Source of the DNA: an uncultured virus (IMG/VR IMGVR_UViG_3300029916_000002)
Taxonomy: Duplodnaviria > Heunggongvirae > Uroviricota > Caudoviricetes
Reading direction: 5' to 3' (one strand)
Length of the DNA stretch: 20,000 nt
IMG/VR virus record: IMGVR_UViG_3300029916_000002
Below are positions 16,878 through 20,000 of this stretch, piece by piece. How positions within the stretch are numbered: position 1 is the first letter of the stretch; every line of letters begins with the position of its first letter. Below the pieces are notes generated by a model. That model was not told where the DNA came from and did not search any database. It saw nothing but the letters and a program-made list of their open reading frames with translations. The position numbers were made by a program, and so were the translations under genes.

Positions 16878-17222
16878 TTAAATCGCTTGATCCTTCTGTC
16901 TTAAAAAACCCCCTTCGTCTTTTATATCACCACAATCAACTAATTTTACGTGGCCTTGCGTGATTTTCCTTAATTCATTATTATAAGAATCTCCCGGCGA
17001 AAAATAACCGTCGGAATCGAATGGCAAAATGTCATCGTGAATCAATTTACATTGAGATAGATTATCAAGAACTTCGCCAATTTTTACGGATGACTCAAAG
17101 ATGCCTAATTTAAACGCGAGTGCAGATACAACTTGATACGATTCAATGCAAATCCGCCTTAGAATTTTAATCTTTTTCTTTTGTTTCCTTATTATGGAAT
17201 CATTTTCTTTTTGATTATTCAT
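16878..17222 (-). CDS. Hypothetical protein; probably the N-terminal part of the frameshifted gene
   Basis: Start reassigned to ATG 17222 (SD TAAGGA), 114 aa. Confidence 0.7.
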   Translation of the reverse strand: MNNQKENDSIIRKQKKKIKILRRICIESYQVVSALAFKLGIFESSVKIGEVLDNLSQCKLIHDDILPFDSDGYFSPGDSYNNELRKITQGHVKLVDCGDIKDEGGFLRQKDQAI

Positions 17223-17250
17223 GATATAATCCTTATGTGATTTAATTATT

Positions 17251-17259
17251 ATAATATCA
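17251..17259 (-). promoter_or_regulatory. Putative extended -10 promoter (TGaTATTAT)
   Basis: Lies in the 70-bp intergenic gap; same 9-mer as at 3816-3824. Confidence 0.45.
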
Positions 17260-17292
17260 TTATTGCATAGCGAAAATGTTGATTTAAAACAA

Positions 17293-17541
17293 TTAATTAA
17301 GAGACTTTTTATAAGCTTCCGTGACTTCATCTTCTTTCTTTATATTACTCGATTCGTTGGAATGAATTTCAATTACTTTTATAATTGCAAACTGCATTAA
17401 ATTAATGGCTTTAGTAACTAAAGGAAGATGTATAGGATTTAATCCCAAATCTTCAGACGCCGTTAAATTATTGTCGAGATTTAATAAATCATAAGTCAAT
17501 ATTTCATCATCATCCAATTTTATTCTAATGGTTATGTTCAT
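17293..17541 (-). CDS. Hypothetical protein
   Basis: 82 aa, SD AAGG. Confidence 0.65.
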   Translation of the reverse strand: MNITIRIKLDDDEILTYDLLNLDNNLTASEDLGLNPIHLPLVTKAINLMQFAIIKVIEIHSNESSNIKKEDEVTEAYKKSLN

Positions 17542-17564
17542 TCGCTTGGCCTTTATAGTGGGAT

Positions 17565-17813
17565 CTAAAGTTTAATTTCATATTCAGCACAAAAATCGAT
17601 AATAAAAGGACATTCTTTAGTGCTTTCGATACCATTAATAACATCGCATCCGCCGGAACGTAAGCAATTACAATCCTGACATGATAATTTATTATCAAAA
17701 CAATTTTTTACCATGTCATAACCGTCACATTTTCCGCCATAAAATCTATGAGGAAAATCATAAGCTGAACATAAGCAAACTAATTGCTTTCCGTTCCAAT
17801 ACGGAATACTCAA
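17565..17813 (-). CDS. Cys-rich putative metal-binding protein
   Basis: 82 aa with 10 Cys: CLC..Y.FPHR..GGKC, CQDCNC, GCD, ECP. Confidence 0.7.
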   Translation of the reverse strand: MSIPYWNGKQLVCLCSAYDFPHRFYGGKCDGYDMVKNCFDNKLSCQDCNCLRSGGCDVINGIESTKECPFIIDFCAEYEIKL

Positions 17814-18101
17814 TTAATCTACCATTCCTAGAGCTTGTGAATATTCATAATAATGGCGAACCTTATCTTTCTTTATAAGTCCTTCCTGATAATCAATAAA
17901 GAAAGATTTGTGATGTGCTTCTTCGAGCATTTTGATAACAGCATCTAAATCATTTAACTCCTGTTCAAGCCGATCCCAATTGTTCATGTGAGATTCAGAT
18001 TGACATTCATCAAGCCCAAATTGCTGCGCCTTCAATGCCCGTTGCGCGACTTCGGCACATTCTTCTGCAACTTTTCCAAGCAAATATTGAATTTTATTCA
18101 T
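17814..18101 (-). CDS. MazG-like all-alpha NTP pyrophosphohydrolase
   Basis: AEECAEV...K..FG and LEQELNDL match the ExxE...ExxD metal-binding pattern. Confidence 0.75.
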   Translation of the reverse strand: MNKIQYLLGKVAEECAEVAQRALKAQQFGLDECQSESHMNNWDRLEQELNDLDAVIKMLEEAHHKSFFIDYQEGLIKKDKVRHYYEYSQALGMVD

Positions 18102-18378
18102 TTGAATGACCCTCGATAAAACTTACAATCGTCTTTTCTTCAATATCATTTAAATGCACTGCCATATAAAGCAATTTTAATAATTCAACGCCGTCAATTA
18201 AATCACGTTTCGTCGCGCGAAGCTTATCGATAAGCTGAATAAAAACTTTTTCTGGCGCAAGATCTCCTTCTAAGTCGCACATCAATTCAAAGAGACCGCG
18301 ATCTTTATCTGGATCTGAAAGACAAGAAACACAGCCATCATAGACTTCTCTAATTTGTTCGTCGGTCAATGGATTCAT
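18094..18378 (-). CDS. Hypothetical protein, Ead/Ea22-like N-terminal module
   Basis: 94 aa; MNPLTDEQI..VY and IQLIDKLR are shared with 19392-19754. Confidence 0.65.
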   Translation of the reverse strand: MNPLTDEQIREVYDGCVSCLSDPDKDRGLFELMCDLEGDLAPEKVFIQLIDKLRATKRDLIDGVELLKLLYMAVHLNDIEEKTIVSFIEGHSNE

Positions 18379-18390
18379 ATTTTCACCAAA

Positions 18391-18465
18391 TTATAAATTA
18401 TAAATTAAAAATAGCAAATAAATAATAACGAGAGTTGAAATAAATCCATAAAGAACGTTTCTCAT
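18391..18465 (-). CDS. Putative 24-aa single-TM peptide (not in ORF track)
   Basis: MRNVLYGFISTLVIIYLLFLIYNL; SD AGGAG upstream; fills the intergenic gap. Confidence 0.5.
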   Translation of the reverse strand: MRNVLYGFISTLVIIYLLFLIYNL

Positions 18466-18468
18466 TAT

Positions 18469-19122
18469 TTATTCTCTCCTTATTGGATAGAATTGGCCAT
18501 CAGGCCAAGCGGCTGGCAATTGTTTGTCCGCGTATCCTGCGTTATATCCTTCTGCCCACCACTCCCTGTCGTTATCGTCAGCGTATTCTGATGGGCAATC
18601 CTTATATGTGACCAACCTAGGCATGATTGATGCTGCTGGAGGTGATAAAAATAAAGGCTTTATGCTCGCATTGACTCCATTTTCCTGGCAGGATTTTAGC
18701 TTATGTTCGGCCATCCCTAGCTGCTCGAATACCTGTGGAAATCTATGGTCTCCCGAATCACCAACAATCATCCATGCAGCGGCATAATCCGGCACGGCTG
18801 GCGATGGCGGCGCGGCGTAGAGTTTATACTTACCATTTGGTAGATTTTCTGTTAATAGGCGATAGTCGTAAAATGCACCTGTATGGTCTAGCTCCATTAT
18901 CGGCTCGCCTGCCACCGCATCGCGGCGCTTGAGTTCGTCCTCGGCTTTTTCTGCACGTCTTTTGCATTCCTGAAAAATAGCCATAAGATATTTAACGTCA
19001 TCGTCACGTTGCTCTGTCAGCGCGTCGATATGGTGCAATAATTTTATTTGTACATAATCTTCAGAGATTTTTACAAACTCTTTGATTTCTTCTAACTCTT
19101 CCTGCGTCAAAAGTTTGCTCAT
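18469..19122 (-). CDS. Lambdoid Ea/Ead-like mosaic accessory protein
   Basis: LTQEELEEI start, RAEKAE, GEP, KLYAAPP and AEGYNA modules typical of enterobacterial prophage early genes. Confidence 0.65.
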   Translation of the reverse strand: MSKLLTQEELEEIKEFVKISEDYVQIKLLHHIDALTEQRDDDVKYLMAIFQECKRRAEKAEDELKRRDAVAGEPIMELDHTGAFYDYRLLTENLPNGKYKLYAAPPSPAVPDYAAAWMIVGDSGDHRFPQVFEQLGMAEHKLKSCQENGVNASIKPLFLSPPAASIMPRLVTYKDCPSEYADDNDREWWAEGYNAGYADKQLPAAWPDGQFYPIRRE

Positions 19123-19124
19123 TA

Positions 19125-19388
19125 TTAACCCGCCGTGCTTGCTATAGGAGAAGGGAAATTAATGTAGCCACCAACGAACCCCGCATCAAGTTCATCTACA
19201 GCGGTACAAAAATCATAGTTACCATGTTTATTCATTAATTCAGTTATTTTTTTGTGTTTATTTAAATCATAAATAGTTATATCAGGGTCGCCGATGGTAA
19301 AGAAACCCAATCGCTTAGATGGGCACTTATCAAGGACAGTTTGCAATTCAGCAATCCAATCACGCTCTTTCTTTGTAAGTTCGCTCAT
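19125..19388 (-). CDS. Conserved enterobacterial-phage-type hypothetical protein
   Basis: LTKKE..WI.ELQ.VL.KCPS.RLGFFTIGD pattern; SD GAGGA. Confidence 0.7.
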   Translation of the reverse strand: MSELTKKERDWIAELQTVLDKCPSKRLGFFTIGDPDITIYDLNKHKKITELMNKHGNYDFCTAVDELDAGFVGGYINFPSPIASTAG

Positions 19389-19391
19389 GAT

Positions 19392-19754
19392 TTAATCCTC
19401 TTTAACCTGAAATCCGGCTGCGCGGATGGCTTTGGCACAATCATCAATGGCCTCATCGTAATTGCTCGCCTCCGGCAGAACAAAACCATTTCCCGTTTTG
19501 TTGAATTCAGATATTTTTGATGGCAGTTCTACTTTTACTGCCAGACGCCGCTCAAGCTCGCACCTTTGCTCGATGAGAGTTATACCGACGTTTGTGCATT
19601 TATCTAAAAGTCTTTGCCATTCTTTGCAATTACGCTCAACCTCACGCAATCGGTCGATGAGTTGAATCATAAACCCGGTTGATACTTGTGGGTCAAAAAA
19701 AATTTTGCAGTGTTGATATACAGTATCGATATCTTCATCCGTTAATTTATTCAT
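19392..19754 (-). CDS. Ead/Ea22-like protein
   Basis: Coiled coil followed by VKVELP...AIRAAGFQVK C-terminal module. Confidence 0.7.
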   Translation of the reverse strand: MNKLTDEDIDTVYQHCKIFFDPQVSTGFMIQLIDRLREVERNCKEWQRLLDKCTNVGITLIEQRCELERRLAVKVELPSKISEFNKTGNGFVLPEASNYDEAIDDCAKAIRAAGFQVKED

Positions 19755-19998
19755 CTTTCGCCACCTTTAAGCCGTGTTCCTTTATTATCATAGAACAAGC
19801 GGTTAGAGCATTATTCCAACATATATTTGTATCAATGCTCCAACCCATATTTCCGCTCGGCAATTTAATAGGGGTCTCGACTATCGCCTGCAACCGTTCA
19901 TTTTCGGCGCGGAGTTCTAGGATTTCGGCGGCCATTGGTTTAACTGTTTGATTGCTCCAACCGCCGGGGCTATCGTCATTAGCCATGGCATTCAAAGT
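19747..19998 (-). CDS. Ead/Ea22-like protein, probably 5'-truncated by window edge
   Basis: Frame is open to the window edge; MAAEILELR..., PIKLP...WN.AL..C...I...GLKV. Confidence 0.6.
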   Translation of the reverse strand, partial: TLNAMANDDSPGGWSNQTVKPMAAEILELRAENERLQAIVETPIKLPSGNMGWSIDTNICWNNALTACSMIIKEHGLKVAKDE

Positions 19999-20000
19999 AT

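Noticed and set aside
17223..17330. N-terminal extension of the 150-aa ORF
   Set aside because: Overlaps the upstream gene and the intergenic promoter; the strong SD is at ATG 17222.
18389..18407. AATTATA tandem repeat
   Set aside because: Under three copies of an AT-only 7-mer, expected by chance in this composition.

Overview
AT-rich tailed-phage DNA with no host housekeeping genes, integrase, tRNA or CRISPR array visible. The + strand from 1 to 9233 is a replication module: 5'-truncated DnaE (Pol III alpha), PD-(D/E)xK nuclease, SNF2-type helicase, putative ssDNA-binding proteins, Dam-type N6-adenine MTase and a VirE/VapE ATPase. It is followed by a ~770-bp non-coding region with symmetric repeats (candidate ori or packaging site), a probable terS, an inverted 4-gene cassette, a PBSX-type terL, and ~6 kb of small - strand accessory genes (NinH-like, NDT/DUF4406-like, MazG-like, Ead/Ea22-like). 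The layout recalls PB1-like myoviruses and the accessory genes suggest an enterobacterial host (both inference). The main novel signal is two small accessory proteins (11058-11444, and 16378-17222 if joined across a slippery GGGGGTTTTTTA run) that appear to be strings of short terminase- and portal-like signature motifs without the surrounding domains. They are candidate decoys of terminase/portal-sensing immunity such as Avs. All family calls are by-eye motif recognition, not database searches.
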